From IMG/VR virus record IMGVR_UViG_2681813268_000004: 31,296 nt of DNA; one strand, 5' to 3'. Position 1 is the first letter of the stretch. Each line of letters opens with the position of its first letter. Of this stretch, positions 1-8,243 are shown one piece after another. Position numbers and translations under genes: made by a program. The notes under the pieces were generated by a model that worked only from the letters and a program-made list of their open reading frames with translations, was not told where the DNA came from and searched no databases. The DNA is from a virus. Lineage: Duplodnaviria > Heunggongvirae > Uroviricota > Caudoviricetes.

Positions 1-677
1 CGGAAATCAAACCCTCGCCCGGCGGCGACACGCCATCGGGGCCGTCTGAAGATGCATCCGTACGCACAATCTCCCTGTTGCCGACAGCCGGAGATGCTGC
101 TGCGCAGGGCTGGAGCATTAAGAATGGCGGAATTCAGTTGTCAGATGGTGTATTTAAGATCACCAAGCAGAGCAATAAAGCCTGGTCCCTGACGCGCCCG
201 GTGGATGACGCAGTCTCCCTGCTGACACGGGGTGGCAGACTGAGCTGTAAGTTTCGACTGTCAGGCGCACTGACCAACAACCAGTTCGGTCTGGGAATTT
301 ATCTGTATACCGATGTAGCGTTACCTGACGTCGTGGCGATGACCGGGACTGGTAACCCGTTCCTGATGTCGTTCTTCACCCAGACCACAGACGGCAAACT
401 GAATCTGATGCATCACAAGAAAGCAGGAAACACAAAGTTGGGCGAGTTCGGGAATTACAGTAACGACTGGCTGACGCTGGAGCTGGTGTTCACCGCCGGC
501 AGTGCCACGGTTACTCCGAAACTGAATGGAGTGGCTGGCCCGGCATTCCAGGTCATAAAAGACAGTCTGACAGTGGGACTAAATGCACTGACGCTGACGG
601 ATATTACCAAAAATGCAACGTATGGCGTTGAGATAGAAAGTCTGGTGCTGGAGATAAATGCACCGGCATCATCATAA
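1..677 (+). CDS. Late-region protein, C-terminal portion; the reading frame is open to the window start, so the 5' end lies upstream. Function unknown.
   Basis: Frame containing the listed ORF 78..677 has no stop back to position 1; the listed M at 78 is a TTG. Stop at 675-677. Sits immediately upstream of the holin. Confidence 0.5.
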   Translation, partial: EIKPSPGGDTPSGPSEDASVRTISLLPTAGDAAAQGWSIKNGGIQLSDGVFKITKQSNKAWSLTRPVDDAVSLLTRGGRLSCKFRLSGALTNNQFGLGIYLYTDVALPDVVAMTGTGNPFLMSFFTQTTDGKLNLMHHKKAGNTKLGEFGNYSNDWLTLELVFTAGSATVTPKLNGVAGPAFQVIKDSLTVGLNALTLTDITKNATYGVEIESLVLEINAPASS

Positions 678-761
678 AAAGTGAGCCAGTCAAATGGAAG
701 GTATCGTTAAACTCACCGGTAGTGTCAGTGGGTCGTCTGAGACGCCTGCATGAGTTATCAG

Positions 762-795
762 AGCCATCAGTACTTAACTGGTGGCTTTTTTATTG
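762..795 (+). terminator. Putative intrinsic terminator or hairpin between the upstream ORF and the holin
   Basis: Stem agccatcag / ctggtggct (one G-U pair) with 7-nt loop, followed by TTTTTTATT. Seen directly; the copy at about 1238-1272 has one extra T. Confidence 0.35.
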
Positions 796-826
796 TTGTC
801 AGCTTCCGGATAACGGGAGACGGGGT

Positions 827-1042
827 ATGTACCAGATGGAAAAAATCACAACAGGTGTGTCATACACCACGTCAGCGGTGGGAACGGGCTACTGGTTCCT
901 GCAGTTGCTGGACAGGGTTTCCCCGTCTCAGTGGGCGGCAATAGGCGTGCTGGGGAGTCTGCTGTTTGGGCTGCTGACATATCTGACTAACCTGTATTTC
1001 AAAATCAGAGAGGACCGTCGTAAGGCTGCACGGGGAGAGTAA
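827..1042 (+). CDS. S: Class II pinholin-type holin, 71 aa, dual-start MYQM (copy 1)
   Basis: ATG at 827 and second in-frame Met at codon 4; two hydrophobic segments and charged C-terminus ([13 protein letters not shown]); position directly upstream of the endolysin. Recalled similarity to phage 21 / Stx-phage S holins. Confidence 0.75.
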   Translation: MYQMEKITTGVSYTTSAVGTGYWFLQLLDRVSPSQWAAIGVLGSLLFGLLTYLTNLYFKIREDRRKAARGE

Positions 1043-1061
1043 TTCAATGACTCAAAACTAT

Positions 1062-1062
1062 N
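1062..1062. other. Single-N junction; downstream sequence re-starts at the equivalent of position 587
   Basis: n at 1062; 1063.. matches 587.. with a few mismatches. Confidence 0.9.
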
Positions 1063-1537
1063 GCTGACGCTGACGGATATTACCAAAAATGCAGCGTATG
1101 GCGTTGAGATAGAAAGTCTGGTGCTGGAGATAAATGCACCGGCATCATCATAAAAAGTGAGCCAGCCAAATGGAAGGTATCGTTAAACTCACCGGTAGTG
1201 TCAGTGGGTCGTCTGAGATGCCTGCATGAGTTATCAGAGCCATCAGTACTTAACTGGTGGCTTTTTTTATTGTTGTCAGCTTCCGGATAACGGGAGACGG
1301 GGTATGTACCAGATGGAAAAAATCACAACAGGTGTGTCATACACCACGTCAGCGGTGGGAACGGGCTACTGGTTCCTGCAGTTGCTGGACAGGGTTTCCC
1401 CGTCTCAGTGGGCGGCAATAGGCGTGCTGGGGAGTCTGCTGTTTGGGCTGCTGACATATCTGACTAACCTGTATTTCAAAATCAGAGAGGACCGTCGTAA
1501 GGCTGCACGGGGAGAGTAATTCAATGACTCAAAACTA
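1063..1537 (+). repeat. Near-identical direct repeat of 587..1061 (3' end of upstream ORF, intergenic region, holin)
   Basis: Direct comparison: same sequence with SNPs (gcaacg/gcagcg, cagtca/cagcca, gagacg/gagatg) and a 6T versus 7T homopolymer. Confidence 0.85.
1304..1519 (+). CDS. S: Class II pinholin-type holin, 71 aa (copy 2, translation identical to copy 1)
   Basis: ATG at 1304; same [10 protein letters not shown]... protein as 827..1042. Confidence 0.75.
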   Translation: MYQMEKITTGVSYTTSAVGTGYWFLQLLDRVSPSQWAAIGVLGSLLFGLLTYLTNLYFKIREDRRKAARGE

Positions 1538-1874
1538 TGAACTGATTGTGAAAGGGATCCGCAATTTTGAGAATAAAGTTACGGTAACTTTAGCGTTACG
1601 GGACAAAAAACGCTTTGACGGTGAAATTTTTGACCTGGACATCTCGCTGGACCGTGTTGAAGGTGCCGCGCTGGAGTTTTATGAGGCAGCAGCCAGAAGG
1701 AGCATCAGACAGGTCTTCCTGGATGTTGCTGCCGGGTTATGTGAAGGGGATGAGCAGTCGCCGGAAAAGCGCCCCGTAATTTTAGAGGCGCAGAATGTGT
1801 GGATAACCTACAAAGGAAAGCTACCAGGAAGAATTACTGGTTCTCTGAAGACTCCTCCGGAATCACAACCTTAA
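1524..1874 (+). CDS. Hypothetical protein encoded between holin and endolysin (116 aa)
   Basis: ATG 4 nt after the holin stop; 116-codon ORF; its first 14 nt are also present at 1048-1061 before the N junction. No motif recognised. Confidence 0.55.
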   Translation: MTQNYELIVKGIRNFENKVTVTLALRDKKRFDGEIFDLDISLDRVEGAALEFYEAAARRSIRQVFLDVAAGLCEGDEQSPEKRPVILEAQNVWITYKGKLPGRITGSLKTPPESQP

Positions 1875-1937
1875 GTCACTGACCAGAACAGATAAACCTG
1901 TCCGTGGGCAGAAACCGATAAATCCTGATAAATATCC

Positions 1938-2471
1938 ATGAACGCAAAAATCAGATACGGCCTGTCGGCTGCCGTTCTGGCACTGATTGCCGTCGGTGCG
2001 CCCGCGCCTGATATTCTCGACCAGTTTCTGGATGAAAAAGAGGGTAACCACACTACGGCATACCGCGATGGTTCCGGCATCTGGACCATCTGTCGGGGGG
2101 CCACGATGGTGGATGGAAAACCCGTTTTTCCCGGTATGAAACTGTCGAAGGAAAAATGCGACCAGGTCAACGCCATTGAGCGTGATAAGGCGCTGGCATG
2201 GGTGGAGAAAAACATCAAAGTGCCATTGAGCGAACCCCAGAAAGCGGGGATCGCGTCATTCTGTCCGTACAACATTGGTCCCGGTAAGTGTTTCCCGTCG
2301 ACGTTTTATAAACGAATTAATGCAGGTGATCGCAGGGGAGCGTGTGAGGCGATTCGCTGGTGGATTAAGGACGGTGGCAGAGACTGCCGTATTCGTTCAA
2401 ACAACTGCTACGGTCAGGTATCCCGTCGTGACCAGGAGAGTGCGCTGGCGTGCTGGGGTATCGACAGATAA
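1938..2471 (+). CDS. R: Endolysin, T4-lysozyme-like with N-terminal signal-anchor-release (SAR) hydrophobic segment
   Basis: 177 aa; N-terminal YGLSAAVLALIAVGAPAP hydrophobic stretch followed by a lysozyme-like core (E..D..T arrangement); recalled resemblance to phage 21 / Stx-phage R. Confidence 0.85.
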   Translation: MNAKIRYGLSAAVLALIAVGAPAPDILDQFLDEKEGNHTTAYRDGSGIWTICRGATMVDGKPVFPGMKLSKEKCDQVNAIERDKALAWVEKNIKVPLSEPQKAGIASFCPYNIGPGKCFPSTFYKRINAGDRRGACEAIRWWIKDGGRDCRIRSNNCYGQVSRRDQESALACWGIDR

Positions 2472-2563
2472 GCAGAATATTTTGCTGAAAAATAAGGCAT
2501 GGCCACGCGGGCGGATAACACGAAATCCTGCGAACTGGCGAAACGTAAGTGAATAAAAGTAAA

Positions 2564-2600
2564 AACCCCGTTTGTTGGCAGCAAGCGGGGTTTTGTTTTT
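2564..2600 (+). terminator. Putative rho-independent terminator downstream of R
   Basis: aaaaccccg ... cggggtttt inverted repeat followed by a T-rich run (ttttgttttt). Confidence 0.4.
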
Positions 2601-2665
2601 ATGGCAGTAAGCTATGGGAGGCTGCCTTGATTGATTTTAGCAAACTGATTAGGGAGTTGCGACTC

Positions 2666-2761
2666 ATGATTAGTCAATTACCAAACTGGAAATTTTTGCT
2701 GGTCTGGAGCATCCCTTTTTTATGGGTAGTATCCCAGTTAATTGTGGCAATTAAGGGGTAG
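2666..2761 (+). CDS. Small hydrophobic peptide (31 aa), hypothetical
   Basis: agggag 8 nt upstream of ATG 2666; translation MISQLPNWKFLLVWSIPFLWVVSQLIVAIKG; stop TAG 2759-2761. Confidence 0.3.
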   Translation: MISQLPNWKFLLVWSIPFLWVVSQLIVAIKG

Positions 2762-2763
2762 CT

Positions 2764-2895
2764 ATGTCAGACAAACTCATAACGCCGGCAAAGGTCCTGT
2801 GTGTGATTGTCGGTATTTCATTTTCACTAATGCTGGTTGCTCTTTTTCTGTCCCTCGCCTGGGTGATGTTGTCTTCGTCGGGGCTGCTGGGGTGA
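2764..2895 (+). CDS. Small hydrophobic peptide (43 aa), hypothetical; its hydrophobic segment resembles the Rz N-terminal segment
   Basis: ATG 2764, 2 nt after the previous stop, preceded by aagggg; translation MSDKLITPAKVLCVIVGISFSLMLVALFLSLAWVMLSSSGLLG. Confidence 0.3.
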   Translation: MSDKLITPAKVLCVIVGISFSLMLVALFLSLAWVMLSSSGLLG

Positions 2896-3014
2896 CAGTG
2901 ACTGATGACATCAGCAGAGCGCTGGCTTTTGCTATTAAGTGGGTGGCTGTTGGTATTGCTGTGTCTCCGATGCTATATGGGCTGGCAAAACTGGTCATTG
3001 CGCTGAAATCGTGA
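2892..3014 (+). CDS. Small hydrophobic peptide (about 38-40 aa), hypothetical; start uncertain (GTG at 2892 or 2898)
   Basis: GTG overlaps the previous TGA stop; translation ..TDDISRALAFAIKWVAVGIAVSPMLYGLAKLVIALKS; no in-frame ATG. Confidence 0.25.
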   Translation: MTVTDDISRALAFAIKWVAVGIAVSPMLYGLAKLVIALKS

Positions 3015-3025
3015 ACTTTAAAAAG

Positions 3026-3112
3026 ATGAGTGCTGAACTTATTCGGGCAATGGCATTTGCCATTCGTATTGTGGCCATTGCTGTTCTGGTCTGGGCAATC
3101 CGTTGGTGGTGA
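3026..3112 (+). CDS. Small hydrophobic peptide (28 aa), hypothetical
   Basis: ATG 3026; translation [28 protein letters not shown]; stop TGA 3110-3112, 1 nt before the Rz ATG. Confidence 0.25.
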   Translation: MSAELIRAMAFAIRIVAIAVLVWAIRWW

Positions 3113-3113
3113 T

Positions 3114-3581
3114 ATGAACCGTGTTCTGTGTGTGGTGATTATTGTCATGCTGGTGGCCTGTGGTGCGCTTAGTCTGGGGCTGAATCATTACCGTGATAAC
3201 GCCATTACCTACAAAGCCCAGCGCGACAAAAATGTCAGAGAACTGAAGCTGGCGAACGCGGCAATTACTGACATGCAGATGCGTCAGCGTGATGTTGCTG
3301 CGCTCGATGCAAAATACTCGAGGGAATTAGCCGATGCGAGAGCTGAAAATGAAACTCTTCGCGCTGACGTTGCCGCTGGTCGTAAGCGCCTGCGTATCAA
3401 CGCCACCTGTCCAGGTCCCGTGCGTGAAGCCACCGGCACCGCCCGCGTGGATAATGCAACCGGCCCCCGACTGGCAGACACCGCTGAACGGGATTATTTC
3501 ACCCTCAGAGAGCGGCTGATGACGATGCACAAGCAACTGGAAGGGGCGCAGGAATATATCCGCACTCAGTGCCTGAAATAA
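3114..3581 (+). CDS. Rz: Inner-membrane spanin Rz (i-spanin), 155 aa
   Basis: From ATG 3114 the protein ([40 protein letters not shown]...) aligns by recall with lambda Rz along its length. The listed ORF start at 3030 is a GTG extension. Confidence 0.85.
   Translation: MNRVLCVVIIVMLVACGALSLGLNHYRDNAITYKAQRDKNVRELKLANAAITDMQMRQRDVAALDAKYSRELADARAENETLRADVAAGRKRLRINATCPGPVREATGTARVDNATGPRLADTAERDYFTLRERLMTMHKQLEGAQEYIRTQCLK
3334..3519 (+). CDS. Rz1: Outer-membrane lipoprotein spanin Rz1 (o-spanin), embedded in the +1 frame of Rz
   Basis: Lipobox LVVSAC and proline-rich [30 protein letters not shown], matching lambda Rz1 by recall; wholly inside Rz in another frame. Start may be the second ATG at 3349. 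Confidence 0.75.
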   Translation: MRELKMKLFALTLPLVVSACVSTPPVQVPCVKPPAPPAWIMQPAPDWQTPLNGIISPSESG

Positions 3582-3834
3582 GTTTTGCTGATGCGCGGTA
3601 TTGTCGCCGTATCCCCGCATTAACAGAGACCGCAGCCCGACCGGGAGACTCCTCTGCGCGAGTGTGCGGGGATAATCAAAAACGATACACACCGGGGTTT
3701 ACCGCGTTAACGGAGCGCGGCGTTGTCCCCTCATAGTCGCCAGTCCGGTGCGATGGTGGAAGAAACCGGACTACATTGAAAATGATAACCATTATCATTT
3801 TTGCGGGTCCTTTCCGGCGATCCGGGCCGTTACG

Positions 3835-3846
3835 GGGCGGCGACCT
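3835..3846. other. cos: cosN cohesive-end site (lambda-type 12-nt overhang GGGCGGCGACCT)
   Basis: Exact 12-mer gggcggcgacct followed by cgcgggttttcgctatttatgaaaattt, as in lambda cos by recall; about 170 bp upstream of Nu1. Confidence 0.8.
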
Positions 3847-4015
3847 CGCGGGTTTTCGCTATTTATGAAAATTTTTAGGGAAAAATCAGATCCGTTCTTC
3901 TTCTTTTTAACTGATTGATTATCAATAGAATTTTAAAAATATAAAAGGATCTGACAAAGGCTGTTTTTGTTAGAAAACGCCATTTTCAGATCCTTTCTGG
4001 TTCCCGGGGGAGTGT

Positions 4016-4564
4016 ATGAACGTCAATAAGAAAAAACTGGCCGATATTTTTGGCGTTGATGTCAGGACCATCACCGCCTGGCAGAGTCAGGGGTTACCAC
4101 TAGTTTCTGGTGGAGGGAAAGGGACTGAATCAGTTTTTGATACAACTGCTGCCATTCAGTGGTATGCGCAGAGGGAAGCTGATATTGAAAACGAAAAACT
4201 CCGTAAAGAGATCGAGGATTTGAGGGCTGCCAGCGAATCAGACCTTCAGCCCGGCACCATTGATTACGAACGTTACCGACTGACGAAGGCACAGGCCGAT
4301 GCACAGGAGCTGAAAAATGCTCGTGAGGAAGGCCTTGTCCTCGAGACGGAGTTATTTACCTACATCTTTCAGCGAGTGGCACAGAATATATCAGGGATCC
4401 TTGTCCGTGTCCCTCAGACACTGCAGCGTAAATACCCTGATATATCACCCGTACATCTTGATGCTGTGAAAACTGAAATCGCGAAAGCATCCGATGTGGC
4501 TTCTGAAGCCGGTGAGAATGTGCGCAGGTGGATTGATGATTTCAGACGAACTGAGGGCGGCTAA
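4016..4564 (+). CDS. nu1: Terminase small subunit
   Basis: 182 aa; [36 protein letters not shown].. aligns by recall with lambda Nu1 (N-terminal winged helix-turn-helix). Confidence 0.9.
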   Translation: MNVNKKKLADIFGVDVRTITAWQSQGLPLVSGGGKGTESVFDTTAAIQWYAQREADIENEKLRKEIEDLRAASESDLQPGTIDYERYRLTKAQADAQELKNAREEGLVLETELFTYIFQRVAQNISGILVRVPQTLQRKYPDISPVHLDAVKTEIAKASDVASEAGENVRRWIDDFRRTEGG

Positions 4565-6464
4565 TTCTGCAGGAGCGATAGCAACCGGCCTCCTTGCGCT
4601 AAAAATTCCTGTCCCTCTGACGACAGTTCAGTGGGCAGATCGACATTATTACCTTCCGAAAGAGTCATCTTACACCCCGGGGCGGTGGGAAACACTGCCG
4701 TTTCAGGTTGCCATCATGAACAGCATGGGGAATGACCGGATCCGCACTGTTAATCTGATTAAATCTGCCCGTGTTGGTTATACAAAGATGTTGCTGGGAG
4801 TGGAGGCTTATTTTATTGAGCATAAATCACGCAACAGCCTTCTTTTCCAGCCCACGGATTCTGCTGCTGAAGATTTTATGAAATCTCATGTGGAACCCAC
4901 GATCAGGGATGTGCCGGTTTTACTCGATCTTGCACCGTGGTTTGGGCGTAAACATCGTGATAATACCCTCACGCTGAAACGTTTTTCATCGGGCGTGGGC
5001 TTCTGGTGCCTGGGCGGGGCTGCCGCTAAAAACTACCGTGAAAAATCCGTGGACGTGGTCTGCTATGACGAACTTTCCTCGTTCGAACCGGATGTCGAAA
5101 AAGAGGGTTCGCCAACCCTGCTTGGGGATAAACGTATTGAGGGCTCTGTATGGCCCAAATCCATTCGCGGCTCGACGCCTAAAATCAAAGGCACCTGCCA
5201 GATCGAAAAAGCGGCCAACGAGTCGGCGCATTTCATGCGTTTTTATGTGCCCTGCCCACACTGTGGGGAGGAGCAGTATCTGAAATTTGGCGATGAATCC
5301 ACGCCTTTTGGCCTTAAATGGGAGAAGGACAGCCCCGAAAGCGTTTTCTACCTCTGTGAACATCATGGCTGCGTGATCCATCAGTCTGAGCTTGACCAGA
5401 GCAACGGGCGGTGGATCTGTGAAAACACGGGGATGTGGACCCGTGACGGTCTGACGTTTTTCAGCGCCGCGGATAATGAAATTCCGCCGCCGCGCTCCAT
5501 CACGTTCCATATCTGGACGGCGTACAGTCCGTTCACCACCTGGGTACAGATAGTCTATGACTGGCTGGATGCACTGAAAGATCCCAACGGCCTGAAAACC
5601 TTTGTGAACACCACGCTGGGCGAGACCTGGGAAGAGGCCGTGGGCGAAAAACTCGATCACCAGGTACTGATGGATAAGGTCGTGCATTACACGGCGGCGG
5701 TGCCAGCCCGGGTGGTTTATCTGACGGCGGGCATTGACTCGCAGCGAAACCGTTTTGAGATGTATGTCTGGGGATGGGCACCGGGAGAGGAAGCTTTTCT
5801 GGTGGATAAAATCATCATTATGGGCCGTCCCGATGAGGAAGAGACGCTGTTACGTGTGGATGCGGCGATCAACAAAAAATACTGCCATGCAGACGGAACC
5901 GAAATGACCATTTCCCGTGTCTGCTGGGACACCGGGGGGATCGATGGTGAAATTGTCTATCAGAGGTCAAAAAAACACGGTGTTTTCCGGGTGCTGCCGG
6001 TAAAAGGCGCATCTGTCTATGGCAAGCCGGTGATCACCATGCCGAAAACCCGCAATCAGCGGGGCGTGTATCTGTGTGAAGTGGGGACGGACACCGCAAA
6101 AGAAATTCTCTATGCCCGTATGAAAGCCGATCCCACGCCTGCGGATGAAGCCACGTCGTATGCCATCCATTTTCCTGATGATCCGGAGATTTTTTCGCAG
6201 ACAGAGGCGCAGCAACTGGTCGCGGAAGAGCTTGTGGAGAAGTGGGAAAAAGGAAAGATGCGTCTGCTGTGGGATAACAAAAAGCGGCGTAACGAAGCGC
6301 TGGACTGCCTGGTGTATGCCTATGCGGCATTACGTGTGTCCGTGCAACGCTGGCAGCTTGATCTGGCTGTACTGGCAAAATCCCGGGAAGAAGAGACGAC
6401 CCGGCCAACCCTTAAAGAACTGGCAGCGAAGCTGTCCGGAGGAGTGAATGGTTACAGTCGCTGA
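4536..6464 (+). CDS. A: Terminase large subunit (ATPase/endonuclease)
   Basis: About 642 aa from ATG 4536, overlapping the Nu1 3' end as in lambda; long colinear recalled similarity to lambda gpA (..[14 protein letters not shown].., ..[10 protein letters not shown]..). The listed start at 4494 is a non-ATG extension. Confidence 0.9.
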   Translation: MISDELRAANSAGAIATGLLALKIPVPLTTVQWADRHYYLPKESSYTPGRWETLPFQVAIMNSMGNDRIRTVNLIKSARVGYTKMLLGVEAYFIEHKSRNSLLFQPTDSAAEDFMKSHVEPTIRDVPVLLDLAPWFGRKHRDNTLTLKRFSSGVGFWCLGGAAAKNYREKSVDVVCYDELSSFEPDVEKEGSPTLLGDKRIEGSVWPKSIRGSTPKIKGTCQIEKAANESAHFMRFYVPCPHCGEEQYLKFGDESTPFGLKWEKDSPESVFYLCEHHGCVIHQSELDQSNGRWICENTGMWTRDGLTFFSAADNEIPPPRSITFHIWTAYSPFTTWVQIVYDWLDALKDPNGLKTFVNTTLGETWEEAVGEKLDHQVLMDKVVHYTAAVPARVVYLTAGIDSQRNRFEMYVWGWAPGEEAFLVDKIIIMGRPDEEETLLRVDAAINKKYCHADGTEMTISRVCWDTGGIDGEIVYQRSKKHGVFRVLPVKGASVYGKPVITMPKTRNQRGVYLCEVGTDTAKEILYARMKADPTPADEATSYAIHFPDDPEIFSQTEAQQLVAEELVEKWEKGKMRLLWDNKKRRNEALDCLVYAYAALRVSVQRWQLDLAVLAKSREEETTRPTLKELAAKLSGGVNGYSR

Positions 6465-6654
6465 ACTGCAGGCGCTGCGTCAGGCGCGCCTTGATTTATT
6501 AACCGGTAAACGGGTGGTGTCTGTCCAGAAAGATGGTCGCAGAATTGAATATACGGCGGCTTCTCTGGATGAGCTTAACCGGGCGATCAATGATGCGGAG
6601 TCGGTACTGGGGACAACCCGACGTCGCCGTCGTCCGCTGGGAGTGAGGTTATGA
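6448..6654 (+). CDS. W: Head-tail joining protein W
   Basis: 68 aa; ..LLTGKRVVSVQKDGRRIEYTAASLDEL.. resembles lambda gpW by recall; overlaps the A stop. Confidence 0.85.
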   Translation: MVTVAELQALRQARLDLLTGKRVVSVQKDGRRIEYTAASLDELNRAINDAESVLGTTRRRRRPLGVRL

Positions 6655-8243
6655 AACGAACGCCTGTCCTGATTGATGTGAACGGCGTTCCGCTTCGTGA
6701 GAGTCTCAGCTACAACGGGGGCGGCGCAGGATTTGGCGGGCAAATGGCGGAGTGGTTGCCACCGGCGCAGAGTGCCGATGCAGCCCTGCTGCCTGCGTTG
6801 CGTCTGGGGAATGCCCGGGCAGATGATCTGGTGCGCAATAACGGGATAGCGGCTAATGCGGTGGCCCTGCATAAGGATCATATTGTCGGGCATATGTTTC
6901 TGATCAGCTACCGTCCGAACTGGCGCTGGCTGGGGATGCGGGAGACTGCGGCAAAAAGTTTTGTCGATGAGGTGGAGGCGGCCTGGTCAGAATACGCAGA
7001 AGGGATGTTTGGCGAGATCGACGTGGAAGGGAAACGCACGTTTACGGAATTTATCCGTGAAGGTGTGGGCGTTCATGCGTTTAACGGCGAAATCTTTGTG
7101 CAGCCGGTCTGGGATACGGAAACCACGCAGTTATTCCGTACGCGTTTTAAAGCCGTGAGTCCGAAACGGGTGGACACGCCAGGACGCGGTATCGGGAACC
7201 GTTTTCTGCGGGCCGGTGTGGAGGTTGATCGATATGGCCGTGCCGTTGCGTACCATATCTGTGAGGATGATTTTCCTCGCTCCGGGAGTGGACGATGGGA
7301 ACGGATCCCGCGTGAACTACCCACCGGGCGTCCGGCCATGCTGCATATTTTCGAGCCGGTGGAGGACGGGCAGACCCGTGGAGCCAATCAGTTTTACAGC
7401 GTTATGGAACGGCTGAAGATGCTGGATTCCCTGCAGGCAACACAGCTTCAGTCGGCCATAGTGAAGGCGATGTATGCAGCGACGATTGAAAGTGACCTTG
7501 ATACCGAAAAGGCCTTTGAATATATCGCCGGTGCGCCGCAGGGGCAGAAGGATAATCCGCTTATTAATATTCTGGATAAGTTCTCCACCTGGTATGACAC
7601 GAATAGCGTGACGCTGGGCGGTGTCAAAATTCCGCACCTTTTCCCCGGTGATGATCTGAAACTTCAGACCGCGCAGGATTCAGACAATGGATTTTCGGCG
7701 CTTGAACAGGCGCTGCTGCGGTATATCGCCGCCGGTCTTGGCGTTTCCTACGAACAGTTGTCCCGTGATTACTCGAAGGTCAGTTACTCAAGTGCCCGCG
7801 CATCCGCCAATGAGTCGTGGCGCTATTTTATGGGGCGGCGAAAATTTATTGCGTCCCGGCTGGCCACGCAGATGTTTTCCTGCTGGCTGGAAGAGGCACT
7901 TCTTCGGGGGATTATTCGTCCGCCACGGGCACGGTTTGATTTTTATCAGGCGCGATCAGCCTGGTCACGGGCTGAGTGGATTGGAGCCGGAAGAATGGCC
8001 ATTGACGGGCTCAAGGAGGTTCAGGAATCAGTGATGCGCATTGAGGCCGGACTGAGCACGTATGAGAAAGAGCTGGCGCTGATGGGCGAGGATTATCAGG
8101 ACATTTTCCGCCAGCAGGTCAGGGAATCTGCAGAGCGGGAAAAAGCCGGACTCTCACGTCCGGTGTGGATAGCGCAGGCGTATCAGCAGCAGATAGCGGA
8201 GAGTCGCAGGCCGGAAGAGGAGACAACACCACGTGAGACGTAA
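6651..8243 (+). CDS. B: Portal protein
   Basis: 530 aa; ATGA overlap with the W stop; position and size match lambda gpB (533 aa). Confidence 0.9.
   Translation: MKRTPVLIDVNGVPLRESLSYNGGGAGFGGQMAEWLPPAQSADAALLPALRLGNARADDLVRNNGIAANAVALHKDHIVGHMFLISYRPNWRWLGMRETAAKSFVDEVEAAWSEYAEGMFGEIDVEGKRTFTEFIREGVGVHAFNGEIFVQPVWDTETTQLFRTRFKAVSPKRVDTPGRGIGNRFLRAGVEVDRYGRAVAYHICEDDFPRSGSGRWERIPRELPTGRPAMLHIFEPVEDGQTRGANQFYSVMERLKMLDSLQATQLQSAIVKAMYAATIESDLDTEKAFEYIAGAPQGQKDNPLINILDKFSTWYDTNSVTLGGVKIPHLFPGDDLKLQTAQDSDNGFSALEQALLRYIAAGLGVSYEQLSRDYSKVSYSSARASANESWRYFMGRRKFIASRLATQMFSCWLEEALLRGIIRPPRARFDFYQARSAWSRAEWIGAGRMAIDGLKEVQESVMRIEAGLSTYEKELALMGEDYQDIFRQQVRESAEREKAGLSRPVWIAQAYQQQIAESRRPEEETTPRET

Noticed and set aside
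722-1042. 106-aa ORF and the overlapping 750..944 ORF upstream of the holin
   Set aside because: 722 is a non-ATG start running through the terminator hairpin; the holin proper starts at ATG 827. The 750..944 ORF is out of frame with the holin and has no support.
3030-3113. Upstream extension of Rz (GTG start at 3030)
   Set aside because: The lambda Rz alignment begins at the ATG at 3114; the extension overlaps the small ORF 3026..3112 in another frame.
3582-3834. A bor-like lipoprotein gene between Rz and cos
   Set aside because: Only about 250 bp with no ORF carrying a signal peptide on either strand; the minus-strand ORF 3327..3692 overlaps Rz/Rz1 and has no supporting features.
4494-4535. 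Upstream extension of the terminase A ORF (start at 4494)
   Set aside because: 4494 is not an ATG; the ATG at 4536 gives an N-terminus ([13 protein letters not shown]..) and a Nu1/A overlap consistent with lambda.
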